In this document: one piece after another, positions 1 to 10,526 of the stretch | Numbering within the stretch: the stretch's first letter is position 1 | Layout: every line of letters begins with the position of its first letter | NCBI GenBank assembly: GCA_008690995.1 | Contig: VRMN01000004.1 | Coordinates: 372,001-436,000 of the forward strand | DNA: 64,000 nt | Direction: 5' to 3' | Source: Porphyridium purpureum | Lineage: Eukaryota | The notes under the pieces: model-generated | The model's input: the letters and a program-made list of their open reading frames with translations, nothing else | Told to the model about the DNA's origin: nothing | The model's database searches: none | Translations under genes and position numbers: made by a program

Positions 1-257
1 GTTATGGCCTCTACATGGGTTTGCCGCTGTTGCGCAACGCATACCGGCCAGATATCACCGTAGCAGAAGCAAAGAAGCTCCTGGAGGATATCATGCGCGT
101 GCTCTTCTACCGCGATGCGCGCACTTCCAACTCAATACAGATTGCGGCCGTTACAAAGGACGGTGTGGAGATTTCTGAATTTTACGACCTTGAGACGAAA
201 TGGGATTATCAGCGCTTCGTCGATGGGGCCCGCAGCGGTGATGTATCCACATGGTAA
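1..257 (+). CDS. PSMB4: 20S proteasome subunit beta-7 (PSMB4/Pre4), C-terminal part, truncated by window edge
   Basis: YGLYMGLPLLRN...MRVLFYRDART...ETKWD matches the beta-7 C-terminus. Confidence 0.85.
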   Translation, partial: YGLYMGLPLLRNAYRPDITVAEAKKLLEDIMRVLFYRDARTSNSIQIAAVTKDGVEISEFYDLETKWDYQRFVDGARSGDVSTW

Positions 258-508
258 TTTGCTTTTGGACGACTCGATCGCGCGCCCCTGGAAAGAGTTG
301 TTCTGCGGTTGTGTAAAAAGAACAGATTATCGCACAAATGAGCCTTCTTTATTTTCTTTTTCTTTCCTGTCGGCACGTTCTTAACTCACGTTCGTCATCA
401 CAGGAGCAGCAAAAGAGCTACGGCAGGTCTCATGACCAATACAAACTTATACAATGACGCACAAGCCAAAACATACCACGTCATGCTCGAATCCGTCGTA
501 CAATGATT

Positions 509-1129
509 TCAACAGTTGCAAGGCTCCTGAGCGGTGTTCTGATTGATCTCGACAGTTTCAGGCAGGAAAAACTCTTCTTCCTGCTCGCCGCGCTTCAAGG
601 CGAGAGTTGCCACGAGCTGGAAGGCGGCCTCGACGTTGATGTCTTCGGCAGCGCTGGTCTCAAAGTGCGGTACGCCGCCCTTTGCTGCGCACCATTGCTG
701 TGCGCGCTTCGTTGGAACGGCCTTTGCCCGGTCCACAATGTCGATTTTGTTACCAAGCACCACGAGAGGAAACGTCTCTGGGTCGCGGTTCGCCGCGTAC
801 GCCAAAAACTCCTCCCGCCACGTCTCGAGGCTCTCAAAGCTTCGGAGGTCTGTCACGTCGTAAACGAGCACGCACGCATCAGATCCACGGTAGAACGCAC
901 TGCCCAGCGACTGGTATCGCTCCTGCCCGGCTGTGTCCCAGATCTGCAGGTTGGCCATTCGGTCTTCCAGCTCGATGTCTTTGCTCAGAAAATCCGCTCC
1001 TATTGTGGCTTTGTATTGCTGGCTAAAGCGCTGATTCACATATCTCTCCATCAACGACGTCTTGCCAACTCCGCTATCGCCTAGGATGACAATTTTCAAC
1101 AACTTGGTCTTGGACCTCATGTTGGGCAT
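509..1129 (-). CDS. RAB7: Rab7 small GTPase
   Basis: [34 protein letters not shown] and C-terminal CNC prenylation motif. Confidence 0.95.
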   Translation of the reverse strand: MPNMRSKTKLLKIVILGDSGVGKTSLMERYVNQRFSQQYKATIGADFLSKDIELEDRMANLQIWDTAGQERYQSLGSAFYRGSDACVLVYDVTDLRSFESLETWREEFLAYAANRDPETFPLVVLGNKIDIVDRAKAVPTKRAQQWCAAKGGVPHFETSAAEDINVEAAFQLVATLALKRGEQEEEFFLPETVEINQNTAQEPCNC

Positions 1130-1285
1130 TGTTCCTCTTCTTGTCTTCTTTCTCTCAACCCCACTCTTGTCGTGCCGTTTCGTTTCGTTCGTCCTGCCCT
1201 CGCGAAAAACAGCTACGTCGCTTTAACCCGTGGGTCTTGCCTCAAGAGCTACTTCTGCCGGCACCGATACCAAACCGAGAGCCAC

Positions 1286-1334
1286 GTGACGCGTCGCGCA
1301 GCCGCCGTCGTGACGCGTTGGAGTGGTGACGCGT
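1286..1334. promoter_or_regulatory. Three copies of GTGACGCGT in the divergent Rab7/ALG2 promoter
   Basis: Exact 9-mers at 1286, 1310 and 1326; function inferred only. Confidence 0.35.
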
Positions 1335-1458
1335 GCGTATCTTCCTCCTCGTCGTCGTCCAACCGTCACCGTCTCTCTGTTCCACAGACGCTGCTGCTTA
1401 ACACATCGGAAGCGCCCGTTGCCGGCCGGAGCTGTACTTCACTGTACTGACCGTCCAT

Positions 1459-1547
1459 GGAATGTATATTTCATTGTAATGTATTATTCTAGTGTAATGC
1501 TGTATTCCCTTATAATGCTGCATGCCATTGTAATGCGTTATTCCATA
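1459..1547. repeat. Degenerate AT-rich 18-bp tandem repeat, about 5 units
   Basis: Units start at 1476, 1494, 1512 and 1530 (gtaatgtattattctagt / gtaatgctgtattccctt / ataatgctgcatgccatt / gtaatgcgttattccata), plus a 17-nt unit at 1459. Confidence 0.7.
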
Positions 1548-1650
1548 TCGGAAGCACGCGAGCGGTCGTGCGGAGGGATTGGAGAAGAGTCGTGGAGAGC
1601 TGGTTGGGAGTGGATGCGGTAGCGATGGCGTGAAGGTGGATGGAAGAAGG

Positions 1651-3042
1651 ATGGTGGACGAGAAGGAAGGGCGGCGCGTGGCAATCGTGCACCCGGATCT
1701 TGGGCTGGGCGGCGCCGAGCGTCTGGTGGTGGATGCCGCGCTCGGGTTGCAGGAACGTGGACACAAAGTGGTGATCTACACCGCGTACCGCGATGTGCAG
1801 CGCTGCTTCCCGGAAGTGCGCCCGCGCCATTTGGGCGGCTCCGTGTCCTGCACGCTCGTCAATACGTACGTGCCGCGCAGCGTGCTGGGGAGGTTCCACG
1901 CCTTGTGTACGGTTATACAGTGCGTCATCCTCGCGTTGTACGTGTGCGTGAACGCATCGCGCGTCGACGTGGCATTCTGCGATATCGTGTCGGCTCCCGC
2001 CCTCATCTTCCGCATGTTTGGCATTCCCTGTATTTTTTATTGTCACTTTCCCGACCAGATGCTGGCAGACTCCATCCGCGTATCTCACGCGAAGCTAGCC
2101 GAAGTGGATTCTTCGTTGGTAGCCGTCAGCAAGCGGTTCGGACGGCTTGTGTACCGCGCCTTTGTCGACCGCCTCGAGCGTTTCGCAATATCGCGCGCAA
2201 CTTGCGTGGCAGTCAACTCTCAATTCACCGCCCGCATGTTCAGCGAAGTCTATCCGGACCTTTTGCGTGGTCACGAACGGAAGGAGCCCATAGTCGTTTA
2301 CCCCGCCGTCAACATTCGACCTAGTGTCGGCCATGACGCAAGTCTGACGTCAAGGCTCTGGGCAACCTTTGCCGAGGAAATGTTTCCCCTAGTCAAAGAC
2401 CCGATCTTGCTTGTTTCGCTGAATCGCTTTGAGAAAAAGAAGAACGTCGCGTTGGCAGTACGCGCCCTGCACGCGATTCGCTCAAGTGATTCGCTCGTCC
2501 CGAACAAGCAGCTCCGCGATTCGATTGTCCTGCTCATTGCCGGCGGGTACGATGATCGACTCGAGGAAAATAAGCAGACCCTACATAACGTTCGGCAGCT
2601 GATCTCCGAGCTCCGCCTGGAAGCATTCGTTGGTGTGGAACTTAATTTTGACGAATCGAAACGCATAAGCATCCTACGCGCCGCGCGAGCGCTCTTGTAC
2701 ACTCCGTCATCGGAGCATTTCGGCATTGTACCGCTGGAGGCCATGGCGGCAGGTGTCCCAGTCATTGCAGTTGATTCTGGCGGTCCTCGTGAGACCGTGC
2801 AAGATCAAGCCACTGGGTTCTTGTGTCCGGCCGAACCAGCCGCATTTGCCCAGGCTGCTGCCAGGCTCGTGGTTGATCAAAAGCTTGCAGAGGAACTTGG
2901 GAAGCGTGGCAGGGAACGGGCCCAGAGCTTGTTCTCGGTCGATGCGCTCGGAACGGCTTTAGAAGGCCTTGTCCATGAGTGCTGCGACGCAAAGTTGGCA
3001 CGCACAGCGACTAAGCCCAGCTCGAGAAAGAAGCAAAGCTGA
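1651..3042 (+). CDS. ALG2: Alpha-1,3/1,6-mannosyltransferase ALG2 (GT4)
   Basis: HPDLGLGGAERLVVDAA, FYCHFPD, SLNRFEKKKN, GGYD, EHFGIVPLEAM; first ATG at 1651. Confidence 0.93.
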   Translation: MVDEKEGRRVAIVHPDLGLGGAERLVVDAALGLQERGHKVVIYTAYRDVQRCFPEVRPRHLGGSVSCTLVNTYVPRSVLGRFHALCTVIQCVILALYVCVNASRVDVAFCDIVSAPALIFRMFGIPCIFYCHFPDQMLADSIRVSHAKLAEVDSSLVAVSKRFGRLVYRAFVDRLERFAISRATCVAVNSQFTARMFSEVYPDLLRGHERKEPIVVYPAVNIRPSVGHDASLTSRLWATFAEEMFPLVKDPILLVSLNRFEKKKNVALAVRALHAIRSSDSLVPNKQLRDSIVLLIAGGYDDRLEENKQTLHNVRQLISELRLEAFVGVELNFDESKRISILRAARALLYTPSSEHFGIVPLEAMAAGVPVIAVDSGGPRETVQDQATGFLCPAEPAAFAQAAARLVVDQKLAEELGKRGRERAQSLFSVDALGTALEGLVHECCDAKLARTATKPSSRKKQS

Positions 3043-3183
3043 CGCACCGCGACCAATCCGGCTAGGAAACAAGGATGATACGTGATTAACTTGCGCGATG
3101 TCTGTAAGATGCAGGCCTCATATGTATTAGTAATTGCACGGCTAAGACGACCTTGACCCTCTTTCGTCCTCTTAATCGGGTCC

Positions 3184-5343
3184 CTATAAGGACAGGATCG
3201 GTACATTGAAAACCGGGGTTTGCGCCGGAGACAGTAAAGGCGTGGATGGATTTGCCAAAAAATTTCGGTCCCGAGGATCTGACATCCAGAAAAGCGACTT
3301 GGTAACCTCCCCTCGACGTGCATCGTCCAGAGCGATATTGTACTCTGAAATCGAGTACAGTCGCGCGCCTAGCGCGCTAAGTGCACCCACTTCTTCTTGG
3401 ATCCTGTGAACGTGCGCGAGAGCGTCCACAAATGTCGACGGATGTGCGGTTGCTCCGATCACACGCAATTCTTTGGAATAGACTTGAATCGGCGAAAGAA
3501 GAAGCCCTGTGGACAACATTCCCGTGCCATTCAGAAGCACACTACCCCCGGGCAGCACGACGTGCAGAAGCCCGTGCAGAACGTTTCCGTCGCCACTGCA
3601 ATCAATCACAATGTCAAAGTGTCCCATGACGGGAGGGTTCATGCACTCGAGCATATTTTCTAGATTGCGCAGCTTTTTGCGAGGCCGCATTCTTGAGGCA
3701 TTCGCGCTACTGTCCGGGGCTGTGCTCTTGTGATCTCCTGCTCTCGACACCGCAAGCGCTGGTTCACGCACGCCGCTTGTCTCCACCGCTGAAAAGTCCT
3801 TATCGTCCGGGCCGATCGAAATGGAGCCAATCTGCTCCAGTGCGCGATTCACTTCGTCCATTTGAGCTGCAGTGCTTCCGGCAGCTGATGAAGACATTGG
3901 CTGAGTCGGCACCGCCGCCTCTCGCTCTCCCACTTGCGAATCATCCGAATCTTCCGAGGGCGTGTCTGAATCAAGCAGAGACGAGCCGGATGTCTCGTTG
4001 CCCGAGAACTCGACTTTGCCGTAAAAGTGCTCGGCCATCTTCTGCGCAAAGCTGCTTGCATAAAGGCTCTTCGCATACGACGTGGACGTCGCTGCTCCAG
4101 CAAAGGTCATATCAGACGTCGCACCTACAGCGCTGCGTCGCGTGCGGGGCTTTCGTTTGCGCAAGCGCTTTGGTGGTGGCGAATCGGCGTTGTTCTGATT
4201 TCGACGCTCAAGTTGCTCGAGAATGCTCTTGGACATCACCGAGCTCTGAAAATCCAGATCTTGCGCGACACGTGCGCGTCTGGACGAGGTATCAAGAAAA
4301 TGCAGGTCGCGAACGCCCTTTGATCTAAGAAGCAGCAGCCACAGAATCGCGGCTAGCCCACTGCCTCCGACCACCAAAACGCGTGGGAATTCGTGCCGCA
4401 GTGAAGGCTGGAGCTGACGCCACCCATTCAGCACTGCGCTCATTTCGTGCGTGAGGACGGCCCACTCTGGCTGGAATTCTGGTGCCAGTCTAAACACTTG
4501 TACAGCGTTCACGCAGCAGAACTGGCCCCACGCGCCATTCTTGTTGATGCCCATCGACCGTGAATCGCGCCCGACAGTGATGCGACCGCTTCGTGCAAAT
4601 TCGTCCATTGGCGGTACAAAGTGAGGACAGACACATACCAGGTCGTCCAAATTCAAACCTGTGACGTTTCGCCCCATGCTGACCACCTTGCCCACAACAT
4701 CCTGGCCAGGCACAATTTTCATAATATGCGGCGCCGCGCTGTCGGCAAGAATGTGCAGATCTGTCGCGGACACACCCGAGTGTGTCACTTGGACCAGCAC
4801 TTCATCATGCCCCGGATCTCTCAGCGTCAGCGAAACCTCGAGAAGGCGCGAAGGGTACCTGTACTGCAGCGCGTGGTTTCCGTATGCGCCCATTCGTCTT
4901 GAATAACTACTTCCGCTCCCTCCCGCGCTGCTTCCGGGCTGATGGTATGAATCGCGCTGCAAATAGTTCTGCATAAAGCCCTGACTTTTGCTGAGCGACT
5001 GTGCATTGACATAAACACCTTGCTGGTCCGATGGCGCGCCGACGTGAGACGAAGCCGTTGCTGCGACTGCGTCCATCCTATTTCCAGTGGCACCCACTAC
5101 CCCAGCTGATACCGCGGCGGTCGATCTCGGCGTCGTCATGCCTGGCTCTACGTGCGCGCCTTCAGCCGCCAAGAACGGCGCAGGCGCTGGCGCCAGGTGC
5201 GCAGACATCGGATGTAGTCTGCCCGACACGGGCTGTGAGTACTGGAGATGATGCTGCTGCTGCTGCTGCTGCAAAATCCGGGCCGACGACGGCTGGGACG
5301 CGTTGGCGCGCGCGCCGCGGGCCATCGGCGACAGCAACGGCAT
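3184..5343 (-). CDS. MDR/alcohol-dehydrogenase-fold protein with disordered N-terminus and large insertion; probable pseudoenzyme
   Basis: DEVLVQV..GVSATDLH..PGQDVVGKVVSMG (GroES-like domain), VLVVGGSG and FDIVIDCSG (Rossmann); start uncertain (GTG 5514 or ATG 5343). Confidence 0.7.
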   Translation of the reverse strand: MPLLSPMARGARANASQPSSARILQQQQQQHHLQYSQPVSGRLHPMSAHLAPAPAPFLAAEGAHVEPGMTTPRSTAAVSAGVVGATGNRMDAVAATASSHVGAPSDQQGVYVNAQSLSKSQGFMQNYLQRDSYHQPGSSAGGSGSSYSRRMGAYGNHALQYRYPSRLLEVSLTLRDPGHDEVLVQVTHSGVSATDLHILADSAAPHIMKIVPGQDVVGKVVSMGRNVTGLNLDDLVCVCPHFVPPMDEFARSGRITVGRDSRSMGINKNGAWGQFCCVNAVQVFRLAPEFQPEWAVLTHEMSAVLNGWRQLQPSLRHEFPRVLVVGGSGLAAILWLLLLRSKGVRDLHFLDTSSRRARVAQDLDFQSSVMSKSILEQLERRNQNNADSPPPKRLRKRKPRTRRSAVGATSDMTFAGAATSTSYAKSLYASSFAQKMAEHFYGKVEFSGNETSGSSLLDSDTPSEDSDDSQVGEREAAVPTQPMSSSAAGSTAAQMDEVNRALEQIGSISIGPDDKDFSAVETSGVREPALAVSRAGDHKSTAPDSSANASRMRPRKKLRNLENMLECMNPPVMGHFDIVIDCSGDGNVLHGLLHVVLPGGSVLLNGTGMLSTGLLLSPIQVYSKELRVIGATAHPSTFVDALAHVHRIQEEVGALSALGARLYSISEYNIALDDARRGEVTKSLFWMSDPRDRNFLANPSTPLLSPAQTPVFNVPILSL

Positions 5344-5893
5344 CGGGCCGGTGGGCTGCACGCGATTTTCGTCCGCGAGCGCGTCGACCTCCGGGAGGCG
5401 TCGCCGCGCGGGCTCTGCGCCGGACTCGACTCGCGGCCGGGCATGTCCATCCGAGCGACGGCTATCTACGGCGTGCGTCGAGCCACCGCGAGCCACCTTC
5501 CGAGCCGCCCTCACCCCCCACCCACCCCACCCATGCCGGCGCGCGCGCTGCCGCCAGCTCTTCTCTTCAAATTGAGCCGGTTTTATGATCTTTGTCGCGA
5601 TTCCAGATACTATTCAGACCGAGCCGAATTGATTACACGCGCACGTGACACCGCCGTGGCGGCGCCCTGCCGGAACGCGCTGGTTTTATGGGACGCGACG
5701 GAGATGCGCATGTCGCGCGACAAGTGGCGGCTGCGAGACTGCGTAAGATGACGCGACAAGGTCACGATGTGTACTGGGCGCGTGCGCGGGGCTGTGCTCG
5801 AGCCGCGGCAGCCACGCGCGAAAAGAAGAGATGTGACGCCTGCTGCGTGATGGCGTAACCCGCCAGTGCCGCGCGTCATGTCGTTCGGCAACG

Positions 5894-6621
5894 TCAATCA
5901 GAGCGTGACGTGCTGTGCGGTTTCGACATCAAGTACCGCCTCACGCGCCGTTCCAGCACGCGCGACGTGTGCTGCATCGTGTTGATCTTGATGTCGCGCG
6001 CCATCGCCTCGTAGTCGTCGCCGTGCTTGGCGATGAGCTTCTCGAGCACCTGCGCTTCACTGTAAGAAAGGCAGAACACCGCACCAAGGGTCAGCGGGGA
6101 AAAAAAAAGAAAAGCCGCAATGGAAATGAGAAGATAGAAGCGAACAACAGCGTCAGGTTAGCGTCCGGTCCATTTGCCCCAGGACGGGGCACCCGTGGTC
6201 AATTCAGAACATGTGCTGGGCTCAGGCAACGCATCGGACAGGAGCCGCGCGGCGCCTTCACTAGACATCATTAAATTACAAGAAATGCAGAAACAAACAC
6301 AACGTACCCTTCGGCTGGATGCCGCGGCGCCTCCTTCTCCCCGACCGCGGCGAGTTCCTCCATGCGCGCAACAACGGCGGTCTGCGCGTCGCCGCTCGCT
6401 TTTGCCTTGTTGTTCAGCGGCGCATTTGCCCGAGCGGCCAGCCCGATGGCGTCCAAATTTTCCCGCACGTTCTTCGAGTTGTCCCACGCCTCACGTACCG
6501 TCGCGTCCGCCACGTGCTGCTTGAAGACCTTGCCGGTCTTTTGAGAATGCAGTCGCTTCCTGTGCCGCTTCTGCGCAGACCCAGACTTGGTCGCGCCGGT
6601 GCTCGGCTTCCGCTTCACCAT
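5894..6621 (-). CDS. NOP16: Nucleolar protein 16; exons 6621-6308 and 6059-5894, intron 6060-6307
   Basis: WDNSKNVRENL..GLA in exon 1; LIAKHGDDYEAMARDIKIN..Q.T in exon 2; GTACGT donor, CTGAC branch site and TTACAG acceptor join the exons in frame (..HPAEG/EAQV..). Confidence 0.88.
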
Positions 6622-6867
6622 GCTGATTCCCTCCTTGAGTCAATTGGCTTGCTTGCCCTTCTCCCGCCTCGCCACAACACCGGCACGCATGCACGCGCGC
6701 CAAACCGCACGCGCTTCTCTAAGCCCGCGCCGAAACGTATAACAAAGCACGCCGTTTTGATAGTGTACAGTGATTCGTGTGCAACCAAAATTCGCGGCGT
6801 GTGTTGCGGGACGACGAGGGTGGTGGTGGGAACAAGGAGTGGACGGCGGCGGGTGTTCGGCGTCGAA

Positions 6868-7950
6868 ATGGAACCGCAGCAGAAGATGCTGCGGGGATGG
6901 GATCACTTCCGGGCACTAGGCAGCCCGCGACTGCTGTGCGCGCCCATGGTCGATGGGAGCGAGCTGCCGTTTCGTATGATGGTCCGCGGGTATGGCGTGC
7001 AGTGCGCGTACTCGCCCATGATTAACGCCGGTGTGTACGTCCGCGCGGCGGAGAAAATAAAACAGGAACTCTTTTCGACCACGCAGGCTGACCGGCCGCT
7101 CGTGGTGCAAATCGCAGGCCACGACCCGGAACTGATGCTCGCGTGTGCTCGCGAGCTGCAGACGCACTGCGACGCGATCGATATTAATTTTGGATGCCCG
7201 CAGCATATTGCGCGGCGCGGCAAGTATGGCGCATTTTTGATGGACGATTGGGAGCTCGTGGGGCGTCTCGTGCGTACGCTTGCCGAGGGCCTGGACGTGC
7301 CTCTGTGGTGCAAGATCCGTGTCTTCCCTGAAATTGAAAAAACCATCCAGTACGCCAAAATCTTTGAGAGCTCCGGCTGCTCCGTGCTAGCCGTCCACGG
7401 TCGCACACGTGAGCAGAATGGACAGAATTCTGGTGCCGCGAGCATGGAGCATATTCGTGCAGTGCGCGAGGCGCTGAGTATACCGGTCTTAGCGAATGGA
7501 AACGTGCAGACCTTGGCGGACGCCGAGCAGGTGCTTCAGGAAACTGGTGCCGCAGGTGTACTGTCTGCGTGGGCGCTGTTGGACAACCCTTGCGTTTTCC
7601 AGCCAGCCGTATATGGTGGTACGCATCCCAATCGACTGCACCTTGCGCGCGAGTACCTCGACTGGGCTGATAAGTTTCCTGTACGAATTCACATTGTGCG
7701 CACGCATATGTTCAAGCTGTTGCGTAGTCGGCTCGACTGTCACATGGACATGAACCAGGAATTGGCCAAGTGTAAAGATGTGGGAGAAATGCGAGTATTC
7801 CTCGACAGACTTGAAAAGCGCTGCGAAGGAATTGATGATCTCGACTCGATTCCGTACTTCATCCGGCGACAGAAGAAAATGGATGAGAAGGAGGCCGCCG
7901 AAACTAGTGTACAAAAAGAGGAGCTCAAGGAGCCTGTCTTGGCGAGCTGA
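6868..7950 (+). CDS. DUS1: tRNA-dihydrouridine synthase, Dus1-like
   Basis: APMVDGSELPFRM, DRPLVVQ, IDINFGCPQ..A.RG.YGAFL, CKIR, VHGRTREQ, ANGN. Confidence 0.92.
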   Translation: MEPQQKMLRGWDHFRALGSPRLLCAPMVDGSELPFRMMVRGYGVQCAYSPMINAGVYVRAAEKIKQELFSTTQADRPLVVQIAGHDPELMLACARELQTHCDAIDINFGCPQHIARRGKYGAFLMDDWELVGRLVRTLAEGLDVPLWCKIRVFPEIEKTIQYAKIFESSGCSVLAVHGRTREQNGQNSGAASMEHIRAVREALSIPVLANGNVQTLADAEQVLQETGAAGVLSAWALLDNPCVFQPAVYGGTHPNRLHLAREYLDWADKFPVRIHIVRTHMFKLLRSRLDCHMDMNQELAKCKDVGEMRVFLDRLEKRCEGIDDLDSIPYFIRRQKKMDEKEAAETSVQKEELKEPVLAS

Positions 7951-8087
7951 AAGTTTGAGTTATGAACTGAGCTGTCTCAGGAGTGAAATGCATGTTTCAT
8001 TTTTATTACAGGGACGAGGCTACCATCGGAGGAGCCTCGATAAATGGCGACGGACCCCGCACGCATCAGTTTGGAAGCAACTCTTAT

Positions 8088-9002
8088 TCACACAAGACTT
8101 TCATCACCCATATCACTTTCAGTCTGGAGGCGTGGCGATCGTCCTAGCGGTGCTCTTGGGCTCAGCATGTCACAGATTTCGGGCTCTTCTGGTAATCTTC
8201 GAAATCCGGCGTGGACGAGCACCAACAGAAAGCACGCAGAAAAGAGCGTTAGTGCGACGTACCCAGAGCTCGTGTACGTCAGGAGAAACACGGAAAACAG
8301 AAGCCAGATCGCAGACTTGCCGTGTTCGTGAATCACCAGGCGCCAAATTACGACCGACTCTCGCTCGTGGTACATGAAAAAGTACGCGTAGCTCACAAAA
8401 AGAGCGACGTACGAGACGAACGCGAGCGGCCGCATTGCAATCGTGAAAGCCACGATGAACAAACTCACGACAACATAATTGTGGAAGAAGCGGTCGATAT
8501 TGTCTGGAATGCGAGTCGCGAATGTTTTGATGCTCTGCGGCATAGCCAACTGCGTTGGATCGATAAATTCTGGCCACGTTGTTGTCTTGGCCCAGGTTTC
8601 GTACAACATTTCGCGCATCGAGTCCTTCTGGAATAACATGTCGCAGTAGTCCATGCTGCTGAAAGGCTTGACGCCATGGTCCGGTAGCCCCTCGAGGCGC
8701 TCATCATTCGCTAGTTCTTGAAGTTCAATCACGTGCGATGAAGAACCCGACTTTTTCAGTTTGCTTGGTGAGGGCGGAGGCGATATGCTCGTCGCACGCT
8801 GGAGTACCTTGTCCACATTTGGGAGTGGGACTGCCGGCGCAGATCCGGCCTCAAAACATGACGTCTCGCTGCTTTCATCATTCACATCTTCGTAGTCTGC
8901 AAAAGGATCGAGATCTTCTATGACGTGCTTTGCAACGCCTCTCACGTCTGGCTCCTGAAAGGGCAGCGGGTCGTACCGCAAACCCAACAGCATCTCTGAC
9001 AT
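8088..9002 (-). CDS. PRA1-family (prenylated Rab acceptor) membrane protein
   Basis: WPEF..P..L..P....RI..N...F..NY plus two hydrophobic hairpins ending LVLVHAGFR. Confidence 0.8.
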   Translation of the reverse strand: MSEMLLGLRYDPLPFQEPDVRGVAKHVIEDLDPFADYEDVNDESSETSCFEAGSAPAVPLPNVDKVLQRATSISPPPSPSKLKKSGSSSHVIELQELANDERLEGLPDHGVKPFSSMDYCDMLFQKDSMREMLYETWAKTTTWPEFIDPTQLAMPQSIKTFATRIPDNIDRFFHNYVVVSLFIVAFTIAMRPLAFVSYVALFVSYAYFFMYHERESVVIWRLVIHEHGKSAIWLLFSVFLLTYTSSGYVALTLFSACFLLVLVHAGFRRLPEEPEICDMLSPRAPLGRSPRLQTESDMGDESLV

Positions 9003-9863
9003 TTTGACTGTCCTCCTCCTCTTTCTGTCTACGACTGTCCAGCTATCATGTATTCTTCTCACTTGCACCACGACGAACGCCACCACAGGCACCAGTATTG
9101 ACGAAAGTTCGTGACAGCCGCGCCTGCTATTCTTCCGTCACCGTTCCCTGCGTCCGTGCCTGCCTGTCTAAACGCACGCGCCAGTTCAGCTGTCGGCTCT
9201 CCCGAAGCGCCGAGCGGCCATCAATTTATACAAGTGGCAGCACCATAAACGTGCACTGAGCGGCACGCCTTTAGCACATGGCAACTCTGCACCGTGTATT
9301 ACCGCACGGAGATCAATTGACGCACGCCCAGGCATAGCATGGCTTGGCATGGCCATCGACTGGCAAAGACCGAATGCCAGAGATTGTCTCTACGGGTGCA
9401 GCAAACGCACGTGCCAGCGCGTGCGCGGCGCGACAGCCAGCCACGATTGCCACCAACGACAGGCAGAGCACCAACTTGCAGCTGGTGCGAGCACATTCTC
9501 GCCAATTCGCAAGTCCATAGCAATTTAACCAAGTACAGTGACTTTGACGAGGTACAGTGTCAAGTGGACGGGACCTGCAGGCAGGAACTGGCGGAGCAAG
9601 AGACGGACTCGACTACACATGTCTCAGCGCATGCGGGCTCCTGGTCGGCCGTGGCTGTTCGTGCGTTGATACGGTTTGCACGAGGGTTTCGAAAGCTACT
9701 GCTTAAGCGTTGAACTGGCAACGACGAGGAATCCAATACGCTTGGCCGGTCTTTGTAATGTATTTGCAAACTGTGACAAAAAAAAAAAAAAAAAGGAGGG
9801 AGCCGAAAACGGAATAGGGACGCCGTCAGCAGTCGGGGTTGGGACAAGCCAGGGCCGCGTTTG

Positions 9864-10526
9864 CTATTTGAGGACGAGTGGTAACACAATCACTAGCACG
9901 AGCACAATGGCCGCAATCACAATTAAGACCATAAATGTCGTGTTCTGCCACCAAAACTTGTTCTTGGCCGCCTGGCTCGACCGCTGGAAATTGGAAGCCT
10001 CGTTGCGCATCACGTCGGTTTTGTCGACAAGCGTGTCTAGGTTTTCCTGGTTGTTCAGCGCTTGTTGAATATTGTTCTCCATCACGCCCTTCACCTCATC
10101 CACCTGGTATTTCACGCCTTCCAGTTGGTCCACGTTCCGCGCCTGGTCGTACGTTTCCATAAATGCTTTCACCATGCGCTTTCCAGACTTGTTCATCTCT
10201 CCGTCTCGCGCGCCGCGCACGGCTGGTCCAAACTCGGCGCTAAACTCGTCGCGAAACTCGGTGAGCAGCTGGAAGGCGGTGCGCTGCGGGTAGCTGGGAT
10301 CACACATGGTCATGTACACGCACACCGGGTCGCACTCAAAGTGAATGGTGCCGACGTCGCGATCGGTCACGGTGAGCCTTGCGTGCTCCGCGACCCGGCC
10401 CGACGCCAGCAACTTGCGGAACTTTCCCTCGTGCAACTCTGGGTCCGACGCCGAGCAGTACCACAGCAGTGGCACGCGGTCCTGCAGGCGCGCCACGGCC
10501 AAAAACCTCACATTCGGCTCGGCCAT
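9864..10526 (-). CDS. VAMP7: Longin R-SNARE, VAMP7/VAMP71-like
   Basis: Longin domain (YPQRTAFQLL), R-SNARE motif VDEVKGVMENNI, C-terminal TM helix after WWQN. Confidence 0.88.
   Translation of the reverse strand: MAEPNVRFLAVARLQDRVPLLWYCSASDPELHEGKFRKLLASGRVAEHARLTVTDRDVGTIHFECDPVCVYMTMCDPSYPQRTAFQLLTEFRDEFSAEFGPAVRGARDGEMNKSGKRMVKAFMETYDQARNVDQLEGVKYQVDEVKGVMENNIQQALNNQENLDTLVDKTDVMRNEASNFQRSSQAAKNKFWWQNTTFMVLIVIAAIVLVLVIVLPLVLK

Noticed and set aside
503..1084. Long antisense ORFs over Rab7 (likewise 16952-18280, 22488-23420, 58181-59065)
   Set aside because: Shadow frames of GC-rich conserved genes; no independent motifs.
6319..6867. N-terminal extension of the DUS ORF
   Set aside because: It overlaps Nop16 exon 1 antisense; DUS homology begins only after ATG 6868.
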